A DNA stretch of 63,962 bases, the filler included, from an uncultured bacterium (GTDB lineage: Bacteria; CAYSBA01), in assembly GCA_964429075.1 (NCBI GenBank). It is 6 parts of 6 records of this genome, joined end to end, with 100 filler letters (N's around TTAATTAATTAA, not from the genome) between each part and the next. Parts side by side here need not be neighbours in the genome. Positions count along the whole stretch, not along the records: positions 11,189 to 22,142 come from CAYSBA010000014.1; positions 22,243 to 32,848 come from CAYSBA010000015.1; 4 more parts are not named here. One strand, 5' to 3'. The position numbers were made by a program, and so were the translations under genes. Of the stretch, positions 18,542 through 28,060 are shown in pieces (the stretch's first letter is position 1; the number at the start of each line of letters is the position of its first letter). The notes under the pieces were generated by a model that had not been told where the DNA came from, made no database searches, and saw only the letters and a list, made by a program, of their open reading frames with translations.

Positions 18542-19074
18542 ACTATCCTTCTCTTTTCAGACTGAATCTTGTCCTGCAACATCATTAATGCATCAAGGAC
18601 CTGTTCTGGTCTTGGTGGGCAACCAGGTATATAGCAGTCAACAGGAATAACATTATCTATGCTCTGAACAGTTGCATAATTGGTATACATTCCCCCAGTT
18701 GAAGCACAGGCACCAAAGGCTACCACCCATTTAGGTTCACACATCTGAAGATATACACGCTGTAAAACAGGTGCTTGTTTATGTGTAATTGTACCCACAA
18801 CCATCAGAAGGTCGGCCTGTCTTGGCGAAAACCTCGGGAATTCAGCACCAAAACGTGCAATGTCATAACGTGATCCCCAGACTGCCATAAATTCCATACC
18901 ACAACAGGCTGTTACAAAAGGATACTGAAACAGGGAAAACTTTCTTGCCCAGTTTACAGCACCACTCAGTCCATCATTGATTAAACCTCTCAGCCATCCC
19001 TGCATCTCTTTTCTACGGGTTACCACCACTGCATCAAGGACAAGGTCCTCTTCATTTTTATTATTCTTCCTCAT
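18538..19074 (-). CDS. nuoB: NADH-quinone oxidoreductase subunit B
   Basis: TACCGME, SPRQAD, GACASTGG, PGCPPRP. Confidence 0.95.
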   Translation of the reverse strand: MRKNNKNEEDLVLDAVVVTRRKEMQGWLRGLINDGLSGAVNWARKFSLFQYPFVTACCGMEFMAVWGSRYDIARFGAEFPRFSPRQADLLMVVGTITHKQAPVLQRVYLQMCEPKWVVAFGACASTGGMYTNYATVQSIDNVIPVDCYIPGCPPRPEQVLDALMMLQDKIQSEKRRIV

Positions 19075-19450
19075 CCTTAAACCTCTCAAGATCAATTGCA
19101 CCCCTACCCCAGGCATACACAAAACCTCCTACCACAATTATAAGGAAAAAGATCATTTCACCAAAAAAGAATGAGGGATTCTTTTTTAACGAAACAGCCC
19201 ATGGGTAGAGGAATACAAGCTCAATGTCAAGAATAACAAATAAAACAGCATAGAGATAGATCCTTACTCCGTAGGGTTTGGATGCCCTGTCTACCGGCTC
19301 TGATCCACATTCAAATGGCTTTGTCTTGACCGGATTCTTACTCTTCTCACCCACAAAACGCGCAAGCAATAGGAATGATATGGCAGTTATCATTGCCAGA
19401 AAGGCTGTGAATAAAACAGGCAAATATTCCTTAAGTATTAATGTTTCCAT
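19061..19450 (-). CDS. nuoA: NADH-quinone oxidoreductase subunit A
   Basis: PFECG, DIELVFLYPWA, three TM helices. Confidence 0.95.
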   Translation of the reverse strand: METLILKEYLPVLFTAFLAMITAISFLLLARFVGEKSKNPVKTKPFECGSEPVDRASKPYGVRIYLYAVLFVILDIELVFLYPWAVSLKKNPSFFFGEMIFFLIIVVGGFVYAWGRGAIDLERFKDEEE

Positions 19451-19617
19451 ATTTTGGCTTATTACATCAATGATGTTCCTTTTGCAACCTCAAATCAACT
19501 GTGTAATCCATCTGATTCAAAGATGTGTTATTTTTTATCGCAAAAAAGATGCATTGAAAAGCTTATTAAGCTGTGATAAAAGCCCTCAATATTTAAACCA
19601 TTCTGAAAGGAGGATTT

Positions 19618-20892
19618 ATGTCAAGGGATCCAAGAGAGATGTTCCTCGAGTCAGAGATGTTCAAGGCTGCCCTTGCGCAGTTCGATGAAATCGTTGATCG
19701 ATTTAATATCGATCGAAATGTTGCCAACCGTTTGAGATTCCCAGATAGGGCAGTCATCTGCCATGTGCCCTTCAGAAGAGATGATGGTACGGTTGATAAC
19801 TGTATCGCCTTCCGTGTTCAGCACAACAACTCACGCGGTCCATGCAAAGGTGGGATAAGATACCATCAGGATGTTACGCTTGGAGAGACGGCTGCCCTTG
19901 CCATGCTCATGACATGGAAGACGGCTGTTATCGGTGTCCCTCTGGGTGGCGCAAAGGGTGGTATAAGAGTAAATCCCAAAGAGCTCTCCCGAAGCGAGAG
20001 ACAGAGACTCACAAGAAGATATACAGTTGAGATCATAAACATAATCGGTCCTTATAGAGATATTCCTGCTCCAGATGTCAACACAGGTCCTCAGGAGATG
20101 GCATGGATGGTGGACACCTATACAGAGATTAAAGGTGGTGCAAGTATGGGTGTTGTTACAGGGAAACCTCTAATTGTTGGTGGATCACTGGGTAGAGACG
20201 AAGCAACCGGTCGTGGTGTTGTATATGCCCTGGCAGAGGCATTCTCCGTACATGGTGAAAAACCAGAGGGCAAGACAATCGCAGTTCAGGGATTTGGCGA
20301 GGTCGGCTATGTCGCTGCCAAAAAACTCAGCAAGATGGGCTGTAAGATCATAGCAGTTTCACACTCAAAGGGTGGCCTATACAACGAGAAAGGTCTCAAT
20401 ATTGATAGTGTTGAAAAATACTACAGAGAAAATAAGACAATGGAAGGCTATAAAGAGGCCGACTGGATCACCAACGAGGAGCTTCTTGAATTAAAATGTG
20501 ATGCCCTTCTGCCTTGTGCACTTGGTGAGGTAATTACTGAAAAAAATGCACCAAAACTCAAATGTAGATACATAAGTGAAGGTGCCAACGGTCCTGTTAC
20601 AGCAGAGGGCAACAAGGTCCTGAGGGAAAGAGACGACATCTTTGTTATACCCGATATCCTTGCAAATGCTGGAGGAGTCCTTGTATCCTACTTTGAATGG
20701 GTCCAGTCTCTTCAGGCATTTTTCTGGTCACAGAAAGAGGTAAATCTGAAGCTGTATCAAACAATGAAGAAGGCCTTCCATGAGGTTTATGAGATACACA
20801 AAAAAGAAAAGGTAGATATGAGAACTGCAGCTAATTATCTCGGTATCAAACGTGTTGTTGATGCAATGTTGATAAGAGGCCTTTTCCCCTAA
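19618..20892 (+). CDS. gdhA: Glutamate dehydrogenase (Glu/Leu/Phe/Val family)
   Basis: RGPCKGGIRY, GGAKGG, DIPAPDVNT, GRDEATGRG, QGFG, NAGGV.VSYFEW. Confidence 0.93.
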   Translation: MSRDPREMFLESEMFKAALAQFDEIVDRFNIDRNVANRLRFPDRAVICHVPFRRDDGTVDNCIAFRVQHNNSRGPCKGGIRYHQDVTLGETAALAMLMTWKTAVIGVPLGGAKGGIRVNPKELSRSERQRLTRRYTVEIINIIGPYRDIPAPDVNTGPQEMAWMVDTYTEIKGGASMGVVTGKPLIVGGSLGRDEATGRGVVYALAEAFSVHGEKPEGKTIAVQGFGEVGYVAAKKLSKMGCKIIAVSHSKGGLYNEKGLNIDSVEKYYRENKTMEGYKEADWITNEELLELKCDALLPCALGEVITEKNAPKLKCRYISEGANGPVTAEGNKVLRERDDIFVIPDILANAGGVLVSYFEWVQSLQAFFWSQKEVNLKLYQTMKKAFHEVYEIHKKEKVDMRTAANYLGIKRVVDAMLIRGLFP

Positions 20893-20931
20893 TCGTCCTG
20901 TTTTCTTATCGTGTCTATGACAATAAAAGGG

Positions 20932-21975
20932 TCAGGGTTTATCCCTGGCCCTTTTTATTTTACTCAACTTATCCTTTGCCAGTTCAAACAGAGCAAAAAA
21001 TGTACCTATCCCATAAGATATATGAAGTGATAAAAAGGATGTCACAAGATAGGGGAATAAGAGTATGTCTCTCTCTTTATATGCAATCTTAAAGGAGGAT
21101 AAAATTACAAGTATAAGATATAAAATGATCGGAGCGATCCATGCAAAGATTATTAAAGAAACAGGTAAGGTGCATAGATACAAAACAAAAAAGGCCGGCA
21201 CAGCATGTCGCAACGATACCGATCGTAATTTTCTGGAATAATAGAGTGTCAAAAGCACCCATCTACCGTTATCAAAAGCATTTTTTATAAATTTTATAAG
21301 CGAATCGCGAGCTATATATTCCAGTTTGATAGATGGTATAAGGAATATCCTGCCCCCTGCCCGTTTTAATCTACTATTAAATTCAAAGTCCTGATTTCTT
21401 ATCAATCTCTCATCAAAAAGCCCTATCTTTTCAAAGACCCTTTTTGGATAACAGCCAAATGGTACGGTATCCACCTCCTTAGGTCTTTTATCAATCCCTA
21501 TCCTGAATCTCGAGTCCCCAACACCAAGAGGATGAGAAAGAACCCTTGCAATCGCTCTTGCCATCCTGCTATCAGAGCCGGGTTTTGTAATCAGGACACC
21601 ACCCACATTATCTGCTTTCAATTTATAAAGATTCTTTATAAGACTCTCAATATAGTCATGTGGCACTCTGCTGTGTGCACCTAATATAATCAACACATCA
21701 CCATTCATACTTTTGATTGCACTGTTTAAGGCAAAAGGCACATATCTTTTTTCGTTTCTAATCAAACGTAACCAAGGTCTTCGATTGCTGAGATCCTTTA
21801 ATATCTCCCATGTTCCATCATCACTGAGTCCATCGACCACAAATACCTCTGTTAATTCAGCTGGATAGGTCTGTTTTTCAATGTCCTTGATCAGGTTTTC
21901 GATATTTTTCTTCTCATTCCTACAGGGAATAACAACTGTAACTCTTGTACTGTATCCTCTGTCTTTGTTTACCAT
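20932..21975 (-). CDS. Glycosyltransferase family 2 (ExoA-like) with C-terminal TM helices
   Basis: VIPCRNE, VDGLSDDGT, VDTVPFG, FDERLIRNQD. Confidence 0.9.
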   Translation of the reverse strand: MVNKDRGYSTRVTVVIPCRNEKKNIENLIKDIEKQTYPAELTEVFVVDGLSDDGTWEILKDLSNRRPWLRLIRNEKRYVPFALNSAIKSMNGDVLIILGAHSRVPHDYIESLIKNLYKLKADNVGGVLITKPGSDSRMARAIARVLSHPLGVGDSRFRIGIDKRPKEVDTVPFGCYPKRVFEKIGLFDERLIRNQDFEFNSRLKRAGGRIFLIPSIKLEYIARDSLIKFIKNAFDNGRWVLLTLYYSRKLRSVSLRHAVPAFFVLYLCTLPVSLIIFAWIAPIILYLILVILSSFKIAYKERDILLFPYLVTSFLSLHISYGIGTFFALFELAKDKLSKIKRARDKP

Positions 21976-21987
21976 TTCAGGTCAAAC

Positions 21988-22142
21988 TCAATTGGAGGCC
22001 CTCAATATAATATAGGCATCTTCAGTCTGTGCTGGATTTAGTTTACTACAGCCTGTTGCAATCCTTGTTTTATTTTCATCCCTTGCCTCTATAAACAGTA
22101 TACTACTTATGCCTTCTGGCATACCATATATAACACCCTCAC
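21988..22142 (-). CDS. Hypothetical protein, 3-prime fragment at contig end
   Basis: Open frame EGVIYGMPEG...ILRASN-stop running in from the contig edge. Confidence 0.5.
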
Positions 22143-22242
22143 NNNNNNNNNNNNNNNNNNNNNNNNNNNNNNNNNNNNNNNNNNNNTTAATTAATTAANN
22201 NNNNNNNNNNNNNNNNNNNNNNNNNNNNNNNNNNNNNNNNNN
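22143..22242. other. Artificial contig spacer
   Basis: N-TTAATTAATTAA-N, 100 nt. Confidence 0.99.
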
Positions 22243-22352
22243 GATTAGACTCTTGTTCTCCTATGGACACTTATTATTTCTAAGAAACTCCACCATTTCT
22301 CCTCTCATTTAATTTCCTGATAAAAATAGGAAAGCTTCAGGACCAATATGGC

Positions 22353-22406
22353 TTTACATTCATTGATTACTGTATTATTCTATGACCAATTTTTATTTTT
22401 AGTCAT
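22353..22406 (+). promoter_or_regulatory. Promoter and inverted-repeat operator for the TetR operon
   Basis: TTTACA-17 nt-TATTCT (22353-22381) directly followed by ATGAC-N15-GTCAT (22382-22406). Confidence 0.65.
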
Positions 22407-22408
22407 TC

Positions 22409-23014
22409 ATGGAAAAGGAAAAAGACACGAGAGAAAAGATCCTTCAGGCGGCAAAAAATCTTTTTGCTAAAAAAGGCAAAAATGATGCAACCATTGAAGA
22501 AATTGCAGATTTAGCAGGGATCGGTAAGGGCACTATCTATAATTACTTTGATTCAAAAGAAGAAATTTTTTCAGAAATTATTCACCAGGAAGGTATGCAA
22601 CTTTTCGACCAAATTGATAAATCAGTCAGAAAAGAACGGGATGTAAGGAGCAAACTCAGGGCCTATGTTATTACCAAAGTATCAACAATAAAGAAGCTCA
22701 TCAACCTTTATGAAATCAGCAAAGAGCGCTTCCTGGATCTTTCGAAAGAGGTTGAATATGAAAGGGATGTTATCTATGAACGAGAGAGGCTTCTGGTCGA
22801 GGAGATACTTAAATCAGGTATCATGAAGGGAGAGATTGAGATAAAAAATCCAGAATTACTCTCAGCAGTAATTATTTCTGCATTAAAGGATATAGAATTT
22901 CGATGGATCACTGAAGAGCCTATTGAGAATATAAAGAGGTATCTCGATGCCCTTCTGGACATCCTCTTTTTTGGTATGGCAAAACGATCAGACAGTATTG
23001 GAGATAACAAATGA
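22409..23014 (+). CDS. TetR/AcrR family transcriptional regulator
   Basis: ILQAAKNLF...TIEEIA..AGIGKGTIYNYFDSKEE. Confidence 0.95.
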   Translation: MEKEKDTREKILQAAKNLFAKKGKNDATIEEIADLAGIGKGTIYNYFDSKEEIFSEIIHQEGMQLFDQIDKSVRKERDVRSKLRAYVITKVSTIKKLINLYEISKERFLDLSKEVEYERDVIYERERLLVEEILKSGIMKGEIEIKNPELLSAVIISALKDIEFRWITEEPIENIKRYLDALLDILFFGMAKRSDSIGDNK

Positions 23015-25896
23015 AAAGACTTGCCAAGTTCGCACTACAATATAGATTTTTGATTTCCTTTATCTTTCTTTTACTCTTTTTTGCAAGCCTATTTTTTATG
23101 AAAAAACTCAGGGTCAATAATGACATTGTATCATTTCTAAATCACTCAGATCCTGATGTTAAACTATTCACCTATCTTGGTGACAGGTTTGGCTCGAGCT
23201 ACATCGATATGGTTGTTCTGAAGGCTGAAGATCACGATATTTTCAGCAAGGAGCACATCAATACGATAAGACTTCTAACAGAATCGCTGGAAAGGCTGAA
23301 AGGTGTAGATAGGGTAATCAGCCTCACAAATGTACTCGATGTCAGGAAGGTAGAGGATGGGCTTGAAGTGGACAGATTGATCAAAAAAAAGAATCTCACA
23401 TCAAAGGAGCTTCGTAAACTAAAGAGTTATGTCCTTGGCAAAGACATGTTTCGTGGAAGCATTATAAGTAGCGATGGCAGTATAACAACCCTTGCTGTAA
23501 GGCTCAAAGGCAGTGCTGACAAACAGAAGCTCTCTTCCAAGATAGAAAAAACAACAGAAAAAGTCGTCTCAAATGACAAAAATCTTTCTGCCTTTTTTGG
23601 TGGGATGCCATCATCGATGTATCATGCCAACATAATGCTGAACAAAGATCTCAGCTCTTTGATCCCTTTTGTTGCATTTCTGATCGTAATTGTACTCTTT
23701 CTGAGTTTTTACAGTCTAAAAGGCGTGCTTCTTCCTCTAATCACTGTTGTGCTTGCAACAACATTTTCAATAGGTATGATGGGTCTTTTGAATGTACCTC
23801 TAACCATGCTATCTTCAATACTTCCTGTAGTTCTACTCTCAACAGGAACAGCATATGGGATTCACCTCATAAATGCAGATAGAGAACAGATGATTGCAGG
23901 GGTACTTGACCCGGATCAACGTATGAAAAATGCCTTAGATAGGGTAGGGCTTGCCATACTTCTCTCAGCCCTTACGACACTCTTTGGATTCGCATCACTC
24001 GTCTCTGCAGAGCTAATTCCAATACGACAATTCGGGATATTCGTTGCTATCGGTGTGCTCTATGCCCTTATAATAACTCTTTTTGCAATGCCCGGTGTGA
24101 TCTCAACCTGGGGTAACAGATCAACAGGTCACCACAAAACAAAATCCACAAACAAAAGGGGTATCCTGTCTGGTCTTCTTGAAAGTCTTGCAGGATTTAT
24201 AACAGAAAATAGGATAAAAACCGTAGTAATCTCAATCATAATTGCCATTCTTGCCATTATGGGCATCCCGAAGATCAAGCGTGAAGTAAATTTTAGCCGC
24301 TATTTCCCTAAAAACAGCACTATAAGAAAGGCACAAACAATCCTTGAGAGACACTTCGGAGGAGCAGATCCAATTGTAGTTTACTTTAAGGCAGAAGATA
24401 TAAAACATCCTGCAGTACTTAAGGTCATGAGTTCTATAAAAAAGGCGATGCGCTCAGTCGAGGGGGTCAAAAATCCAAAAGGTATTGTTGATTTCATCGA
24501 AGAGATGAACTACATCATGAACGACAGAAGAAAGATACCTACAACCATAAGAGGGCTTGAGAATCTGTGGCTATTTATCGAGGGGAAGAAAGAGCTGGAT
24601 CAGATGATATCAAAGGACAAAAAGGAGGCAATCATCCAGGCCACCGCTGCAAAGGGAAGTTCAACACTTATGGTAAGGTTATCTAAGTTGCTCGATAGTC
24701 TTATTAAAAGTATTCCAAAAAGATACACAAAGATAGATCTAAGTAAATTGTCTAAAAAAACAAGAAAAGAGATACTGTTTTCGCTAACAAACACCCTCAG
24801 AATGGATATTTTTAATGATCTTCTGTATTCTGGCATAGATATTGAGAATTCCAACAGCCTGTATAGAATGCTTGTCGAGGCATCAATCAAAATACCTGAA
24901 GATAGGGTATTTTATCCAATATTAAACAAAAACCTAAAAACCTATCTTATGTCTGATACATCTGAGATAGAATTTGACAACCAGGCTGTTTCGAAACTCA
25001 TAGCCGATCTGAATAAATTAAATGAATATAACAAAGATCGTATCAAAAAGACAATCTTTGATATTGCTCCAATAGAGATAAAAAGGGACGATCCAGATGC
25101 AATCAACTCCATGACAGATTCTATCGAAAGGATCTGGCAGGATAGTATAGATGATGCAAAGGTAAAAGAGATGCTCGATCTCATTGATAAGGCTTCAAAT
25201 AAAAGATTAAGATCTCTTGATAAGACAGAAATTTCCCGTATTGAGGGAGACCTTTACAGTCTGACAGATGATATACAGTGGATCCCAGAAGATGTATTTA
25301 CGAAAATTTTTCACAAAAAGCCATCAGAAGTGATTAATATTCAGATTAAACAGTCAGGTCTTGTTAAGATCCTCTCCAACATCGAACATAGACTACTTTT
25401 GAGCCAGATGGAGAGTCTTGGATTGTCAATATTTCTTGTATTTATATTGCTTGTTCTCCAGCTTAGATCCATCACAATGGGACTGATATCCATAATACCT
25501 ATAAGCTTTACAATCCTTGTCAACTTTGGAGTAATGGGACATCTTGGAATTTCTCTCGATCATGCTACAATGATGATTGCATCAATATCAATCGGTATTG
25601 GTGTGGACTACACAATACATATAATATCCAGATTCAACAGGGAGTTAAAGGAAAAAGGCGATTTGTCTGAAGCCATAAAAGAAACCCTTTCAACCACAGG
25701 TCGTGCAGTTATTGTAAACACTGCATCTGTTGCAATGGGATTTTTCGTACTTGCCTTCTCAAAGTTTGAACCTACAAGGAGATTTGGATATCTAACCACC
25801 ATGACCATGTTTTTAAGCGCCCTATCTGCAATTACAATACTACCTGCTGCAGTCTTACTGGTAAAAAAAAAAAGGATATTAAAAGCTCAACATTAA
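23011..25896 (+). CDS. RND superfamily (MMPL-like) transporter
   Basis: Two repeats of TM + periplasmic domain + 5 TM; SIGIGVDYTIH, TGRAV; large hydrophilic insertion in the second half. Confidence 0.9.
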   Translation: MKRLAKFALQYRFLISFIFLLLFFASLFFMKKLRVNNDIVSFLNHSDPDVKLFTYLGDRFGSSYIDMVVLKAEDHDIFSKEHINTIRLLTESLERLKGVDRVISLTNVLDVRKVEDGLEVDRLIKKKNLTSKELRKLKSYVLGKDMFRGSIISSDGSITTLAVRLKGSADKQKLSSKIEKTTEKVVSNDKNLSAFFGGMPSSMYHANIMLNKDLSSLIPFVAFLIVIVLFLSFYSLKGVLLPLITVVLATTFSIGMMGLLNVPLTMLSSILPVVLLSTGTAYGIHLINADREQMIAGVLDPDQRMKNALDRVGLAILLSALTTLFGFASLVSAELIPIRQFGIFVAIGVLYALIITLFAMPGVISTWGNRSTGHHKTKSTNKRGILSGLLESLAGFITENRIKTVVISIIIAILAIMGIPKIKREVNFSRYFPKNSTIRKAQTILERHFGGADPIVVYFKAEDIKHPAVLKVMSSIKKAMRSVEGVKNPKGIVDFIEEMNYIMNDRRKIPTTIRGLENLWLFIEGKKELDQMISKDKKEAIIQATAAKGSSTLMVRLSKLLDSLIKSIPKRYTKIDLSKLSKKTRKEILFSLTNTLRMDIFNDLLYSGIDIENSNSLYRMLVEASIKIPEDRVFYPILNKNLKTYLMSDTSEIEFDNQAVSKLIADLNKLNEYNKDRIKKTIFDIAPIEIKRDDPDAINSMTDSIERIWQDSIDDAKVKEMLDLIDKASNKRLRSLDKTEISRIEGDLYSLTDDIQWIPEDVFTKIFHKKPSEVINIQIKQSGLVKILSNIEHRLLLSQMESLGLSIFLVFILLVLQLRSITMGLISIIPISFTILVNFGVMGHLGISLDHATMMIASISIGIGVDYTIHIISRFNRELKEKGDLSEAIKETLSTTGRAVIVNTASVAMGFFVLAFSKFEPTRRFGYLTTMTMFLSALSAITILPAAVLLVKKKRILKAQH

Positions 25897-25909
25897 GATG
25901 GAGGTTTTC

Positions 25910-26662
25910 ATGAATAAAAAAAGCTACTTTATTTACATCATCTTAATCTTAGTACTTTTGCATATCAACAAACTCTATGCAAAAGACAAAAAGGCACAGG
26001 ATTATTTGAAGAGGGTTGATGAGATGGTTATGCCAGGTAAGGATATGACAGCTGTATCTGAGACCATTCTTATATCCTCTGATGGTAAAAAAGAGGTAAG
26101 GAAGATGAAAACCTACAGAAAGGGCAAAAAAAAGATATTCTTCTTTATCTCACCACCAGGGGTAAAAGGAGTAGCATTCCTCTCACTTGGCGACAACAGG
26201 ATGTATCTATACATGCCTGCATACAGAAAGGTGAGAAGGATCGCATCCTCTGTAAAGGGAGACAACTTCATGGGCACAGATATGTCCTACGACGACATGT
26301 CAGAGACAGGTTATAGCGAAAAGTTTATTCCAACGATCATAAAAGATTCAAAAGACCAGGTTGTTCTTGAGCTAAGGCCGAAGAAGGATGCAGACACATC
26401 TTACGGGAAGATGGTGATCTGGGTGGACAAAAAGACATGGCTCAGGACCCAGGCAGAGATGTACAACAAATCTGGAAAATTGATCAAGAGGATGAATGTT
26501 AAAAAGATTAAGACTATCGATGGCATACCAACTCCAACAGAGATTGAGATTGAATCTGTAGAGTCAAAGCATAAAACAATTTTCAGGTTAATGGATGTCC
26601 ACTACAACAGCGGACTAAAAGACTCTCTCTTCTCAAAGAGAAAAATCAGAAGGATAAAATAG
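25910..26662 (+). CDS. LolA-like outer-membrane lipoprotein-sorting family protein
   Basis: Signal peptide; YLYMPAYRKVRRIA, FMGTDMSYDD, SYGKMVIWVD. Confidence 0.85.
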   Translation: MNKKSYFIYIILILVLLHINKLYAKDKKAQDYLKRVDEMVMPGKDMTAVSETILISSDGKKEVRKMKTYRKGKKKIFFFISPPGVKGVAFLSLGDNRMYLYMPAYRKVRRIASSVKGDNFMGTDMSYDDMSETGYSEKFIPTIIKDSKDQVVLELRPKKDADTSYGKMVIWVDKKTWLRTQAEMYNKSGKLIKRMNVKKIKTIDGIPTPTEIEIESVESKHKTIFRLMDVHYNSGLKDSLFSKRKIRRIK

Positions 26663-26677
26663 AGGTGGGAGCCGGAG

Positions 26678-28051
26678 ATGAAAAGTGTAAAATTAATCCT
26701 GATCCTGTTTGTGACCCTTTGTTCTGTCATCCTATTCGATGGATGGAGCCAGCAGAAGACAGACATTGGAGGATTCTGGGAGTTTAATCAGCGATTCCTG
26801 ACAAACTCATCTGACAAAGGTATACCCTATCAGGACATATACTCAAGGCTCAGGCTAAAACTCCATTCAGACATATCTGACTATGTCTCAGCAGAGGTAT
26901 CGATGGATACAAGACTCTACGGTAAGAGTAATCAATCACTTTTTACCGATCTTTCCAGCCCTTCAGGACAGTATCCCATCGATATACTCCTCTGGGAGGC
27001 ATACCTTGATATTTATGACCTTGGCATTGATGGACTTGATCTGAGGATAGGAAAGCAGAGGATTGCATGGGGGACTGCAGACGGCATCAACCCAACAGAT
27101 AACATCAATCCAAACGATTTTTCTGACCTTTTGAACTTTACAGATCATATTCCATCTCTTGCAATCAAGCTTGAATACAGCATCTTTGAATATCTATCTC
27201 TTGAGACAATCTGGGCACCTTCACAGAAGCCATCACTCTTACCACAGGATAATGCATTTTTTCTATCTCAGAACAACTCTGGCAACCAGCAGAATATGAT
27301 TACAGCTCTTTTTTTTGACCAACCCTCCTACGATCTCTCCCACTCTGTTGGTGCAATAAAGCTAAAGGGCACCCTTTTTAATATCGACTACTCTTTGAGT
27401 TATCTACATGGCTACGACCCAATACCGTATGCCAGTCATATTGACATATATCCTGATCAAGAAGATCCCACAAAATTACACCAGGACATCACAATGGGAC
27501 TTTTTAAGCAGGATGTAGTCGGCGCAGACCTTGCCGGTGAATTATACGGTATTGGATGGTGGATAGAAACCGCCCTCTTTTTTGTGGGTGATGATGTATC
27601 TACAAAGATAAAAAGCCCCGATCCGTCTAATCCACAAAATACTATAACAAATGAAACCAACAAAATAGGCACCTTCCCTTACTATCATCTTGTTGCAGGT
27701 TTTGACTACAATTTTTCGTGGAACATGTACCTCAATCTTCAGTATGCACACGGCCTGTTTGGTGAGCGTGGAGACGAGAATAATATCAATGATTACCTCT
27801 TTTTGAGACTCGAAGAAAAACTCTTTAGAGAGAAGCTGAAGATTACATTGATCAGTGGAATCGCAATACTCGACTGGCAGGATGTAGGGAACAATTATGG
27901 CTGGATATTATCTCCTGACATCGAGTGGATACCCTACGACAGCACCTCTATTATGATTGGAGCCTTCTATGTAGGTTCAAAAGGTCCCGGCTTCTTTGAT
28001 ATGTTGAAAGATCTCGATATGGTTTACATCAAGGCAAAGGTAGATTTTTAA
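26678..28051 (+). CDS. Outer-membrane beta-barrel protein (DUF1302-like)
   Basis: Signal peptide; EAYLD, LRIGKQRIAWG..D..NP.D; C-terminal YIKAKVDF beta-signal. Confidence 0.75.
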   Translation: MKSVKLILILFVTLCSVILFDGWSQQKTDIGGFWEFNQRFLTNSSDKGIPYQDIYSRLRLKLHSDISDYVSAEVSMDTRLYGKSNQSLFTDLSSPSGQYPIDILLWEAYLDIYDLGIDGLDLRIGKQRIAWGTADGINPTDNINPNDFSDLLNFTDHIPSLAIKLEYSIFEYLSLETIWAPSQKPSLLPQDNAFFLSQNNSGNQQNMITALFFDQPSYDLSHSVGAIKLKGTLFNIDYSLSYLHGYDPIPYASHIDIYPDQEDPTKLHQDITMGLFKQDVVGADLAGELYGIGWWIETALFFVGDDVSTKIKSPDPSNPQNTITNETNKIGTFPYYHLVAGFDYNFSWNMYLNLQYAHGLFGERGDENNINDYLFLRLEEKLFREKLKITLISGIAILDWQDVGNNYGWILSPDIEWIPYDSTSIMIGAFYVGSKGPGFFDMLKDLDMVYIKAKVDF

Positions 28052-28060
28052 TCTCAGAGT

